Notes: a model not told the origin generated them from the sequence alone. 64,000 bases of DNA from an uncultured virus (IMG/VR IMGVR_UViG_3300028588_000812) (IMGVR_UViG_3300028588_000812), one strand, 5' to 3'; shown: positions 30,176 to 39,928, counted from the stretch's first letter. Numbers and translations: made by a program.

Positions 30176-30192
30176 TCAAATATTCTTTCTAC

Positions 30193-30375
30193 TCACTTAT
30201 TAAAATTATCCGAAGTAGAGAAAGAAGAACTCATTTGCTGTTTATTATTAATATGGTACATACTAACCATGCTTGTAATCACTACAATTCCAGTGACCAC
30301 AGCCAAAACAATCCAAGTTTGTATCGCACCAGTTTCCTTATCAGAAACCTCAGGTAATGCTGCCAATGTCGACAT
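30193..30375 (-). CDS. Pilin-like mini-protein (ends NFNK)
   Basis: KETGAI plus TM helix. Confidence 0.7.
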   Translation of the reverse strand: MSTLAALPEVSDKETGAIQTWIVLAVVTGIVVITSMVSMYHINNKQQMSSSFSTSDNFNK

Positions 30376-30510
30376 GTTACTCTTTCTACATTCTCTAAAA
30401 ACTACTTGAAAATAAAGAATAGCATGATAACAAAAAAGGCCACCGAAAACAACTAAAAAAGAGGCCCCGCATAAATTAATATGCAGAGCCTCTTAAAAAA
30501 ACATCAAAAA

Positions 30511-31050
30511 TTATTCACCAACAACAACAAACTTACCAGTCTTAGGAGAATACAAAACACCAAAACCAGACATAGCGGCCTTCTGGTTAGCCTCAGTCAA
30601 CTTAACTGAACCATCAAGTACAGGAGATAAATTAGCACTCAACAACTCACCAGGAGCAATATTACTGTTACTAGCATAAATGTAATAAGAATTCCAAGCC
30701 CCATCCATTCTCAAAAATGTATTAGCATCAGACTTCACAACATCAAACCTATAAATTTCAGTTGCACCACGAATAGTAGCCAAATTAGAAGTATTAGTAT
30801 CACCAGCAGGGCTTTGAGCCGCAATCTGCAAAGCACTAGGAATCTTAACCAACGCAGTAGCAACATTAGCATTCGTGTTCTTCACATCAGACTTAATACC
30901 CGCAATCAAAGCACTCTTCTGTTGGTTAGCGAAAATAGGAATAGCAATAGCAGCCAAAATACCAATAATCACAACAACAATCATAAGTTCAATAAGGGTA
31001 AACCCTTCCTCAGAACCACGAGTCCTCAAATTTCTTAACCTAGAAATCAT
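30511..31050 (-). CDS. Type IV pilin with class III signal peptide
   Basis: EEGFTLIELMIVVVIIGILAAIAIPIFANQQ; start MISRLR with GAAGGA SD. Confidence 0.9.
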   Translation of the reverse strand: MISRLRNLRTRGSEEGFTLIELMIVVVIIGILAAIAIPIFANQQKSALIAGIKSDVKNTNANVATALVKIPSALQIAAQSPAGDTNTSNLATIRGATEIYRFDVVKSDANTFLRMDGAWNSYYIYASNSNIAPGELLSANLSPVLDGSVKLTEANQKAAMSGFGVLYSPKTGKFVVVGE

Positions 31051-31167
31051 ATCTATCCTTCTGCAATATAAATCAACAAGAATAGTATCCGCCCAACAAA
31101 AGATAAACAAACAGCCAAACAATAACTATGAAATAATGTTATCGTTTATGTTCATATGTTCTAAAAA

Positions 31168-31950
31168 TCAGACCAATCTTTTAGGACCAGACGCAAAAGG
31201 CGACAACGATTTAGGGTCAACATTATTACGCCTCAAATGCTTACGTAAAGAATTACCAGAAAGCCCCAAATCGCGCCCCACAGCCTCAAAGCCCTTCTCC
31301 CCAATAGAGACAAGCAAAGCATCTAAAGGAGGGTACACATCGCTTACAACAGATTTCTGATAGCATTCCATGCAAGTCTTACCAGCTTTAGTTTTTGGCC
31401 CTTTACATTCAGGACATGTTCTCAATGGAGAACGTTTGTTATTTGCACCTTTATATGTAGATGTTTGAGAGTGGCAATTGGGACAAAGGAAGCGAAGGTT
31501 TACAAGACGGTTATCAGTGTTGTCCCCGTTTATATGATCCAAGTCCAAAACAATAGGTTTTCCATTCCAGAGTAATTTATCTTTATTGGATGTATTTAGC
31601 ATACAATTTTTAGTGTTACATTTGTAAGGAATTAAATCATGTTGTATAACCCATTTGCGCAATACGGAACCTACGTAGTTATCGCTTTTTATAAAGCGTT
31701 CTAGGATTTGCTCTTTAGATAAAACGTTCTTATCACTAGCAATAGTTCGGACATATGCTTTTATTTGTAAATTATTCGCTTCTAAGAATGAGATAAGTTT
31801 TGAGCGAGCAGACATATTTGTAGAGTTTAAGCCTACACTTTTCATAAGTGCGGATAAGGAATATGTCTCATGATAAGCAGCAATAACCTCTGCTTGATGA
31901 AAAGCCAATAAATCTTTGATAGTTAAGTTATTTAAATTATTTGTTCCCAT
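31168..31950 (-). CDS. HNH endonuclease (homing-type)
   Basis: LDHINGDNTDNRLVNLRFLCPNCH plus C-terminal CxxC pairs; adjacent to tRNAs. Confidence 0.9.
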   Translation of the reverse strand: MGTNNLNNLTIKDLLAFHQAEVIAAYHETYSLSALMKSVGLNSTNMSARSKLISFLEANNLQIKAYVRTIASDKNVLSKEQILERFIKSDNYVGSVLRKWVIQHDLIPYKCNTKNCMLNTSNKDKLLWNGKPIVLDLDHINGDNTDNRLVNLRFLCPNCHSQTSTYKGANNKRSPLRTCPECKGPKTKAGKTCMECYQKSVVSDVYPPLDALLVSIGEKGFEAVGRDLGLSGNSLRKHLRRNNVDPKSLSPFASGPKRLV

Positions 31951-32072
31951 TAAGTAATCATACCGCATTACGCGAATTGAACTCATTATTGATGTTCACA
32001 ATATTTAATATTTACTATTTGCATAGCTATAAAATGCGAAAAACCCTTGATTAATCAAGGGTTTTTCTAATG

Positions 32073-32148
32073 TACCGCAGGGGGGATTTGAACCCGCCTA
32101 CCTTTACGTTATAAGCGTACTGCAAATACCGGAATTTGCTTCTGCGGC
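32073..32148 (-). tRNA. tRNA-Ile(TAT)
   Basis: Loop CT-TAT-AA. Confidence 0.75.
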
Positions 32149-32166
32149 ATACATTATGGTGTTCCG

Positions 32167-32240
32167 CGACCCGTACCGGACTCGAACCGGCGACCTCTAC
32201 CGTGACAGGGTAGCGCTCTAACCAACTGAGCTAACGGGCC
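32167..32240 (-). tRNA. tRNA-Asp(GTC)
   Basis: Cloverleaf. Confidence 0.95.
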
Positions 32241-32385
32241 TTACTGTGTTGCTATGTTTCTAGTTTAGCATACTTTTATATTATCGGCAAGTTTTGTGTG
32301 ATGTTTTCGTTTTTTGTTTACATGTTTTCTTGCTGTGTTATTAGTTTAGCATAGTTTGGTTGTGTGGGCAACTTGTGGGTGTGTT

Positions 32386-32958
32386 TTATATTTGTTTTGC
32401 TCTTTTGTATTCAAGTTCCCATATGTCTTTTAGGTTGATGGGGATGTTGTTTAAATTTAGGGTGTTTTGTGTGTGTGAGGTAAGGTAATCGCTTTCTTGG
32501 GGATATCTGCCTGTTTTTGGGCAGACTTGTTTTAGTTCTATTTTTTCTTCTTTTGTGGAGAAGTTTATTTCTGCTTTTGCACGGAGTAGAAGGTGTTGTT
32601 GTTCGTGTTCTTTGCCGCATGGGCATGTCATGTTATCGCTGGTATCAGGGCTGTAGTTGATGTTGATTGGTAAAAATGTGTCATCTGGTGTTACTTTGGT
32701 TGAATTTGTGTAACCGTACATTTGGTTGAGTAGCGGTTTGATTGTTTGTATTCTTTGTTCATCTGCTTCGTTTTGTACTGGTTGTGCTAGTGCTAGTAGG
32801 TGTTCTAGGAATTGTACTATTTCTTGTGGCTCGGTGATGACAGTGTTGTTTCTTTTGTAGGTGTGTTTTAGAGTTATGGTGTTGTTTGCTAAATTTATAC
32901 CTATTTTGATTTTGTCGTAAGCATACTTTTTGTATGTGATTTCTTGGTAAATAAACAT
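32386..32958 (-). CDS. Tandem paralog family, copy 10
   Basis: MFIY, FLEHLLALA, LNQMYGY, CPCG. Confidence 0.85.
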   Translation of the reverse strand: MFIYQEITYKKYAYDKIKIGINLANNTITLKHTYKRNNTVITEPQEIVQFLEHLLALAQPVQNEADEQRIQTIKPLLNQMYGYTNSTKVTPDDTFLPININYSPDTSDNMTCPCGKEHEQQHLLLRAKAEINFSTKEEKIELKQVCPKTGRYPQESDYLTSHTQNTLNLNNIPINLKDIWELEYKRAKQI

Positions 32959-32988
32959 GAGTTGTTGTTTTCCTGTTCTATATGTGGC

Positions 32989-33591
32989 TTATATTTGTGT
33001 TGGTTCGGGGTAGTGTGGTTGCCAAAGTTTTTTGTATTTTTCTGGTATTTGGTTGAGGTCTAAACTGTTTTGTTGGTAAACTGTTCGGTATTCTTTTATG
33101 GGAGTGCGGTAACCCATTAACTGAATTCCTGTTTTGGGGCATCCTTGTAGTAGTTCTAGTTTTTCTTCTCCTGTTGTGAAGTTTTTGGATGCTTTGCCTG
33201 CCGCGTTTATAGCTTGTTTGTGTTCTGTTCCGCAAACACATGGTAACACTATGTGCGGTATGTAGTGCCATGTGTTTAAATTTATTTGTAATGAATTGTC
33301 ATCTGGTTTTGTTTTTGGTGATTTTATGTAACCGTACATTTGGTTGAGTAGTGGTTGTATTGTTTTTATGTTTCGTTCGTCTTGCCAGTCTTTTGCTGGT
33401 TGTGCTAGTGCTAGTAAATGTTCTAGGAATTGTATTATTTCTTGTGGGTCTGTGATGACAGTGTTGTATTCTTTACGGTCTAACCCTGTGTAGGTGTGTT
33501 TTAGTTTAGTAGTATGTTTGGTTAGATTGATACCTAAGTGTATGGTGTCGTAGGTGTATCTGTTATAGGGGAGTTCTTTATAAATGAACAT
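32989..33591 (-). CDS. Tandem paralog family, copy 9
   Basis: Same motifs plus NFTTGEEKL. Confidence 0.85.
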   Translation of the reverse strand: MFIYKELPYNRYTYDTIHLGINLTKHTTKLKHTYTGLDRKEYNTVITDPQEIIQFLEHLLALAQPAKDWQDERNIKTIQPLLNQMYGYIKSPKTKPDDNSLQINLNTWHYIPHIVLPCVCGTEHKQAINAAGKASKNFTTGEEKLELLQGCPKTGIQLMGYRTPIKEYRTVYQQNSLDLNQIPEKYKKLWQPHYPEPTQI

Positions 33592-33594
33592 GTT

Positions 33595-34188
33595 TTATAT
33601 TCTCGTTGCTGCTCTGTAGTGTAGTTTCCATGCACTTTTGTATGGTTCTGGGATGCGGTTTAGGTTTAGTGTGTCTTGGGTGTAAACTGTAAGGTATTCT
33701 TCTTCTGGTGTCCAGGCCACGATACTTTTTGGGCATTCTTGACGTAGTTCTAGTTTTTCTTCTCCTGTTGTGAAGTTTTTGGATGCTTTTGCTCTTACCC
33801 CTATTGAACGCCTTTTGTGTCGTTCGCCGCATGGGCATGGTACGTCTGTTGGACTTACGCTGGAGTAATATCCAAGGTCTACTTCTAGGAATGTGTCATC
33901 TGGTTGAATTTCTGCTGATTGGATGTAACCGTACATTTGGTTTAGGATTGGTTTAATTGTTTCTATTCTTTGTTCATCTGCTTCGTTTTGTACTGGTTGT
34001 GCTAGTGCTAGTAGGTGTTCTAGGAATTGTACTATTTCTTGTGGCTCGGTGATGATGGTGTTGTGTTTTGTTCGGTCTAAACCTGTGTAGGAGTGTTTTA
34101 GTTTGGTAGTATTTTTGGCTATGTTGATACCAAATTTTACTTTGTCGTAGGTATATTTGTTGTAGTAGAATTCTCGGTAGATGAACAT
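33595..34188 (-). CDS. Tandem paralog family, copy 8
   Basis: Same motifs. Confidence 0.85.
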   Translation of the reverse strand: MFIYREFYYNKYTYDKVKFGINIAKNTTKLKHSYTGLDRTKHNTIITEPQEIVQFLEHLLALAQPVQNEADEQRIETIKPILNQMYGYIQSAEIQPDDTFLEVDLGYYSSVSPTDVPCPCGERHKRRSIGVRAKASKNFTTGEEKLELRQECPKSIVAWTPEEEYLTVYTQDTLNLNRIPEPYKSAWKLHYRAATRI

Positions 34189-34215
34189 TTTGTGTGGTTT
34201 TCTATTTGATGGTGG

Positions 34216-34857
34216 TTAGAGTCTTGTTGCTTTGCTGTAGCGTGGTCGCCAGATAGCTTTTAGGTCTTCTGGTATGAGTGCTAGGTTTAGGTTTTCTTGT
34301 TTGTATGTTATTGAGTGGTAACCTAATGTTGGTATACGTTTTCCGTGTGTGGGAAAGTAGTTGTTTATTTCTGGTGTTTCAGGTAGTTTTGCTTTAACAC
34401 ATGTGTGATGTAGTTCTAATATTTCTTGACCTGTTGTAAAGTTTTTACCTGCTCGTACTATTAACCCTATTTGTTTAGCGTCGTGATTTGTTTGATAGTC
34501 GGGACATGCGATATCTACATTAAGTTTGTAAGTATCGCATTCTATGTCTACTGGTAAATATTTGTGGTCTTGGGTTGTTTCTGACGATTTGATGTAACCG
34601 TATATTTGGTTTAAGAGTGGTTTGATTTCTTTTATTCTTCGTTCATCTTCTTCATCTTGCGCAGGTGTTACTAATGCTATTAGGTGTTCTAGGAATTGTA
34701 CTGCTTCTGCTGTTTCAGTAATGGTGGTGTGATATCTTTTACGATCTATACTCACGTAGTTGTGTTTTATTTTTAGGGTGCGTTTATAAAGGTTGATGCC
34801 TATTTTTATAGTTTTATACGTGTATTTATTGTATTCGACTTCTTGGTAGATGAACAT
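34216..34857 (-). CDS. Tandem paralog family, copy 7
   Basis: Same motifs. Confidence 0.85.
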   Translation of the reverse strand: MFIYQEVEYNKYTYKTIKIGINLYKRTLKIKHNYVSIDRKRYHTTITETAEAVQFLEHLIALVTPAQDEEDERRIKEIKPLLNQIYGYIKSSETTQDHKYLPVDIECDTYKLNVDIACPDYQTNHDAKQIGLIVRAGKNFTTGQEILELHHTCVKAKLPETPEINNYFPTHGKRIPTLGYHSITYKQENLNLALIPEDLKAIWRPRYSKATRL

Positions 34858-34884
34858 TTTGTGTGATTTCTAGGTTGTGGTGGT

Positions 34885-35487
34885 TTATATTCTTTTTGCT
34901 TTGTAGTATTGTGGTTGCCAGATAGCTTTGTATTGTTCTGGTACGCTATTTAAGTTTAGTGTGTTTTGTGTGTAGGTTATGAGAAAATCTTCTTCAAGCA
35001 TTAAGTTTGCGTTAGATTCTGGGCATTCTTGGCGTAGTTCTAGTTTTTCTTCTCCTGTTGTGAAGTTTTTTCCTGCATTTCCTATTATGCCTATTATACC
35101 TATTTTACAATGGTCATGCTTTTGCCCACAGGGGCATGGTAATAAGTCTATATTTGACAAAAAACGAACCGTCATACCGACTGATAGAAAAGTGTCATCT
35201 GGTTTTACTTTTGCTGATTTTGTGTACCCGTACATTTGATTTAGTAGTGGTTCAATTTTTTTTATTCTTTGTTCATCTGTTTCATCTTGTGCGGGTTGAG
35301 ATAACGCTAATAAGTGTTCTAAGAATTCCACTATCTCTTGTGGTTCGGTGATGATAGTGTTGTGTTTTATGCGGTCTGGGCCTGTGTAGGTATGTTTTAG
35401 CTTGATAGTGTTTTTAGCTAAGTTAATACCAAATTTTATTTTGTCAAAAGTGTACTTGTTATAATCAAATTCTCGATAGATGAACAT
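34885..35487 (-). CDS. Tandem paralog family, copy 6
   Basis: Same motifs. Confidence 0.85.
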   Translation of the reverse strand: MFIYREFDYNKYTFDKIKFGINLAKNTIKLKHTYTGPDRIKHNTIITEPQEIVEFLEHLLALSQPAQDETDEQRIKKIEPLLNQMYGYTKSAKVKPDDTFLSVGMTVRFLSNIDLLPCPCGQKHDHCKIGIIGIIGNAGKNFTTGEEKLELRQECPESNANLMLEEDFLITYTQNTLNLNSVPEQYKAIWQPQYYKAKRI

Positions 35488-35540
35488 TTTGTGTGGTTTC
35501 TAGGTTGTGGTGAGTGTTTAGTGTGTTGTTAACGTTGATG

Positions 35541-36143
35541 TTATCTTGTGTACCATTTGGGTTCCTCTACATCTGTTATATATTTGGGTATTTGCGTGAG
35601 GTCTAAGGTTTTTTGTTTATGGAACGCTACGTCTTTATGTTGGTGTCGACAGTTGAATGTTACTTTTAGTTTTTCTTCACCTGTTGTTAAATTGATTTTA
35701 GCTTTAATCTCTGCTGTTAGGTTGTAGTTATTGTTTGGTTGACCACAGGCGCATGTTGTATAGAATGGTCCTTCGTGTTCTTCATATGCACTATAATCTG
35801 GACCATATTCTAATCCTACTGGCAAGAATTTGTTTGACTTCTTTGCGTTTGGTAAGTTTAGGTAGCCTCGCACTTGGTTAAGTGCCTCTTCTGTGTCTTT
35901 TATTCTTTCTTCATTTTGTATTTGCAGATATTCATTTATTTCTGGTGGGACTGTTTCTGCTAATGCTAGTAGCTGTTCGAGGCATGCAACAATTTGTTCA
36001 GGCTGTGTTTCTTTTGTTTCATGGTGCTGCTGACGCTCATAGTAATCATGAATTAATTCAACTGTATGGTTTTCTAGGTTGAAAAATATTCGTACAGTAT
36101 GGTATGTATACCTACGGTAATATATGTTTATTGTTGTGAACAT
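35541..36143 (-). CDS. Tandem paralog family, copy 5
   Basis: LEQLLALA, CACG, NLTTGEEKL. Confidence 0.85.
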   Translation of the reverse strand: MFTTINIYYRRYTYHTVRIFFNLENHTVELIHDYYERQQHHETKETQPEQIVACLEQLLALAETVPPEINEYLQIQNEERIKDTEEALNQVRGYLNLPNAKKSNKFLPVGLEYGPDYSAYEEHEGPFYTTCACGQPNNNYNLTAEIKAKINLTTGEEKLKVTFNCRHQHKDVAFHKQKTLDLTQIPKYITDVEEPKWYTR

Positions 36144-36167
36144 AATCTATTTACACTTTCCATAGTT

Positions 36168-36797
36168 TTATTTAGTAATTGTTGCGCCTGCATATGTATA
36201 CCATTTTGGTTTTTCTATTTTTGTTATATATTCAGGTATTTGTGTTAAGTCTAATGTATCTTGTTCATGAATTATAATATCTTCATGTTGGTGTCGACAT
36301 TTTAGTGTTACTTGTAAGTTTTCTTCACCTGTTGTGAAGTTAATTTTAGCTTTTATGTCTGCTGTTAAATTACGACTTTTATTTGTTTTGCCACAGGCGC
36401 ATGTTGAATAGAATGGCCCTTCTGTTGTTGCGTAGGCTGCACCACCTGGTCCATGATGTACTGGCATTGATACAAAATAATCTGTTATTTCTGCTTTTGG
36501 TAATTTAAGATATCCGCGCACTTGATTGAGGATTTCTTTTGTTTGTTGTAGCCTTTGTTTATTTATTTCTTGCAAATCTTCTGCTGCTTCTAGGTGGCCT
36601 GGTTCTGCTAAAGCAACTAGCTGTTCTAGACATGCAATTATTTGTTCTGGCTCTGTTTCACGTGTTGTATAACTTTTACCGTCATCATCACGATATTCAT
36701 GGATTAAGTTAATTGTATGGTTTTCTAATTGGAACGTTACTTCTACGAAAGTATATGTATATTGGTTATAAGATATATTTAGTGTAATATGATGCAT
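36168..36797 (-). CDS. Tandem paralog family, copy 4
   Basis: LEQLVALA, CACG, NFTTGEE. Confidence 0.85.
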   Translation of the reverse strand: MHHITLNISYNQYTYTFVEVTFQLENHTINLIHEYRDDDGKSYTTRETEPEQIIACLEQLVALAEPGHLEAAEDLQEINKQRLQQTKEILNQVRGYLKLPKAEITDYFVSMPVHHGPGGAAYATTEGPFYSTCACGKTNKSRNLTADIKAKINFTTGEENLQVTLKCRHQHEDIIIHEQDTLDLTQIPEYITKIEKPKWYTYAGATITK

Positions 36798-36805
36798 AAT
36801 TTATT

Positions 36806-37426
36806 TTATGGCTCCCATAACTCTACTTTGTCATTCCATGCTATCTGCATTTTTTGTTTCCATATTTCAGGTATTTGTTCAAGGTCTAAGGTATTTTGTT
36901 CATGTACGGTGTCATATGTGTGTCTATGTTGACACCAGTTTGTTATCTTTATTAACTCTTCACCTGTTGTAAAGTTTTTGGTTGCTTGTGCATAGTTCAC
37001 TACGACAGTTTCTGCTGTAGTTAAACCACAGGTGCATCTTACATGGCGAACGACATTGTTATGGTATCCCGTGTAATCACGGTGTTGGTAACTTAATAGA
37101 ATTTCTAAAGGTTTTTCTTGAATTTCTACATCAGGGAAACCGAAGAAAGCGCGGGTATGGTTAAGTAATGGCTTGATTGCTCGTATTCTTTGTTCATCTA
37201 GCTCGTCTACTTCAACTAATTCATCTGTTGAGGGCCTTGCTAACGCTAAAAGTTGTTCTAGGGCTGCGATTACTTGTTCGGGGTCAGTTACTTTTGTGGC
37301 GTAACGTGTCCACGATCTATCATAATAGTCATGAACTAAAGCTACTTCTTTGGTCACCAAATTTAGCCTATATTGTATGGCATTGTAATTATATTTAGCA
37401 TATTGAATGTTTTGAAAAATATACAT
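36806..37426 (-). CDS. Tandem paralog family, copy 3
   Basis: LEQLLALA, CTCG, NFTTGEE. Confidence 0.85.
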   Translation of the reverse strand: MYIFQNIQYAKYNYNAIQYRLNLVTKEVALVHDYYDRSWTRYATKVTDPEQVIAALEQLLALARPSTDELVEVDELDEQRIRAIKPLLNHTRAFFGFPDVEIQEKPLEILLSYQHRDYTGYHNNVVRHVRCTCGLTTAETVVVNYAQATKNFTTGEELIKITNWCQHRHTYDTVHEQNTLDLEQIPEIWKQKMQIAWNDKVELWEP

Positions 37427-37428
37427 TT

Positions 37429-38070
37429 TTATTTTACCTTTAGTGGTTTGGTGTATTGCGGTTGAAAACGTTGTACTAAGTTTTCGGGAAGCATATTGAG
37501 GTCTAAGGTGTCTTGCCTATAATAGCTGTACCAACCTCCCATGTGGGAACAATATTGGTCTACGCTTGTAATTTCTTCTTTGGTTACTAAGTTTATGAAA
37601 CCATTTACTTTATATGTGTATGGTGCTGTTGTATTTTCTGGTGTTTCTTGTATTCCACAGACACAAAGAAGCGGGGCATCAGGGTTATTCCATTTATTGA
37701 CATGTTTGTTATTTTTCAACGAAATATGCATTGCAAGATATTGTTCTTCTGCAATTTCTTCTGTAGTTTTAACTAACTCTATGCCTAAATAATGTTTTAT
37801 CTGGGTGAGCCAAAAGTTTATGCCAATGTCTATACTTTGGCCATATACGCCTTGATTTGAGTTAATTGCTAATAAGTGTTCTAAAATAACAATAATTTGT
37901 TCTGTATCTGTTTCTTCCGTTGTATGGATTTTAACGTTATTTTCACCAAGTTCAGTATGTAACTCTCTGTAGGTATGGGTAAGCATAAGTTCTTTTGTGT
38001 CAAGATTAATTGTTAAATACAAATAATCATATGCATGTTGGGAATATGCTATGTAAGAGTAAACGTACAT
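37429..38070 (-). CDS. Tandem paralog family, copy 2
   Basis: LEHLLA, CVCG, QDTLDL. Confidence 0.82.
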   Translation of the reverse strand: MYVYSYIAYSQHAYDYLYLTINLDTKELMLTHTYRELHTELGENNVKIHTTEETDTEQIIVILEHLLAINSNQGVYGQSIDIGINFWLTQIKHYLGIELVKTTEEIAEEQYLAMHISLKNNKHVNKWNNPDAPLLCVCGIQETPENTTAPYTYKVNGFINLVTKEEITSVDQYCSHMGGWYSYYRQDTLDLNMLPENLVQRFQPQYTKPLKVK

Positions 38071-38072
38071 AT

Positions 38073-38669
38073 TTATTCGTAGCTTTTTTCGAAGTGGAAT
38101 GGTTTGTTATTAGCCTGAATTTCTTGTGGTAGGTATTCAAGGTTTAGACTATCTTGGGTGTAGATAGTGTTGTACTCATCTGTGTGGTAGCAGTATTCTT
38201 GTACTGTAATTTCTTCTTTGTTTTTGGCTACGTCAATAAGTCCACGGATGGTAATGAATGGGCGTCCGTATTCTGCGTTGTCAATTGTTTTGTTACAATG
38301 ACAAATGCTTTCACCTAGTGGGTTCCAGCTACGGTCTGTGATACCTACTTCAATGTCAAGGTAATAGTCCTCTTGTCCGCTGTCTGCTGGCCCTGTGAGC
38401 GCTTTAATCTGGTTTAGCATGTGGTTGAGCGCAGCCGCGTTTTCGGGCTGTTCTACGGCGTTTAGGTCAGCTAGAAGCTCTGCAATGTACTGTGCTGCTT
38501 TCTCATCTTTGAGTTCTTCGCAGCCGTAACATCCGTAGCTGTGCATTAATTCTACAGTTTTGTTTGCTAGGTCAAATGTGACATGAAGTTCATCACGATC
38601 ATAACCTCCACATGTTGAACATGAGGAAGTTGAGGTAGTAGGAAAATCAATTTGTTGGCTTGCAAACAT
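38073..38669 (-). CDS. Tandem paralog family, copy 1 (most divergent; extra CxxC pairs)
   Basis: LNQIK, CHC, YCYH, QDSLNL. Confidence 0.78.
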   Translation of the reverse strand: MFASQQIDFPTTSTSSCSTCGGYDRDELHVTFDLANKTVELMHSYGCYGCEELKDEKAAQYIAELLADLNAVEQPENAAALNHMLNQIKALTGPADSGQEDYYLDIEVGITDRSWNPLGESICHCNKTIDNAEYGRPFITIRGLIDVAKNKEEITVQEYCYHTDEYNTIYTQDSLNLEYLPQEIQANNKPFHFEKSYE

Positions 38670-38683
38670 TATGTTTCTTTCTG

Positions 38684-38920
38684 TTAAAGTAGGTTTTCTA
38701 AGTTTGTATCTGTTCCACCATTTGGTTGTTTACCGTGGGTGTTTACGTAACGATTATGTGCTGTTAGCTTTAGTTGCTCTAGTTGGTAGCTTTTTTGGAA
38801 ATCGTTTAGGTTCGGATCTGTGACAATATCATCCAACTTTTCCCAATCTTCTTTAATGAAAGTATTTTTCATTTCTAGAAGAGTATTTAGCTCATATTCG
38901 TTGAGATCGTTTAGTTTCAT
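38684..38920 (-). CDS. Hypothetical protein
   Basis: AAGGT SD. Confidence 0.7.
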   Translation of the reverse strand: MKLNDLNEYELNTLLEMKNTFIKEDWEKLDDIVTDPNLNDFQKSYQLEQLKLTAHNRYVNTHGKQPNGGTDTNLENLL

Positions 38921-39002
38921 TTTTACTACCTTTATTTTTTCTTACTTATTAGTATAGCAGATTAGTGTGGTTTTTGCTACCTATATGTGGTAGCATTAAT
39001 AC

Positions 39003-39374
39003 ATGACTTATGCTAATGAGGATTTAATTAAAGCACAAAATGAAGCTATTGTTTCTGTGTTAAACACTTTTGGTCCTCTAAATTTTGAGGCTTTACGTGT
39101 TTTTGTCACTCGTGAGTATAATATTCGTTTAACTGTGAGTGATATTGTAACTGCAATGAAACGTCTTAGCGATGTATGCGGTATTGACCCTACTTTGTCT
39201 GTTGTGTTTTTACTTGATGATGACAGCAGGGAACCTTCTGTTCCTTTCCATCAAGATTATGTTGTAGCTTTTTACGAGCTTGCGGAAAGGTATAAGTTTG
39301 TTAAGTCTATTTCAGATTTAAGGGATATGCCTGAAAGTATTATTTCTGATTTGCAGGAGACTGCTAAAGGCTAA
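39003..39374 (+). CDS. Hypothetical protein (possible winged helix)
   Basis: ORF followed by terminator hairpin at about 39376-39418. Confidence 0.7.
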   Translation: MTYANEDLIKAQNEAIVSVLNTFGPLNFEALRVFVTREYNIRLTVSDIVTAMKRLSDVCGIDPTLSVVFLLDDDSREPSVPFHQDYVVAFYELAERYKFVKSISDLRDMPESIISDLQETAKG

Positions 39375-39424
39375 AAACGTATGGCCCCTTAGAATATATT
39401 CTAAGGGGCCATACGTTTGGTGGT

Positions 39425-39814
39425 TTATTTGTGGAAGTAAAGCCAGTCTAATCTAATACCAACAACAACGTAGAATTCGTCATCTAGTTCATCGTATGAG
39501 GGGATGAAGATTTCCCATCCTCTACTTACTGAGCCGTCAATATCATCTTGTGGACTGTTTTTGGTATGAGTATCTTTTGCTTCTTCTGAGCTTAGGTGGT
39601 CCCAAGCGATGTTAACTAACGTGTCAATGTTGTTAGTTTTAGGTAGTTTATTAACATTCTCTTCATCACTGTGCCAGTAAAAGTAAATGGCTTGGTCAAT
39701 GATACGGTAACCTTCAATTTTACTATTTGAGAGGTCTAATGCTAACTGTAGAGCTTTGGTTAGCATTGTTTTGCTTTCGCCGTTTACACGGAACTGTTGT
39801 TCGCTGCTGAACAT
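39425..39814 (-). CDS. Hypothetical protein
   Basis: ORF. Confidence 0.75.
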   Translation of the reverse strand: MFSSEQQFRVNGESKTMLTKALQLALDLSNSKIEGYRIIDQAIYFYWHSDEENVNKLPKTNNIDTLVNIAWDHLSSEEAKDTHTKNSPQDDIDGSVSRGWEIFIPSYDELDDEFYVVVGIRLDWLYFHK

Positions 39815-39855
39815 TTTGCTCTTTCTTTTGATGACTTCATAGAGAAGAATATTTG

Positions 39856-39928
39856 TACCTATACCGGGACTCGAACCCGAAATACAACGTTATGAGTGTT
39901 GCGTGATAACCAATTTCACTATACAGGC
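39856..39928 (-). tRNA. tRNA-Met(CAT)
   Basis: Cloverleaf. Confidence 0.9.

Noticed and set aside
32386..38669. Diversity-generating retroelement target array
   Set aside because: No reverse transcriptase or TR/VR pair with adenine-specific differences is visible in the window.
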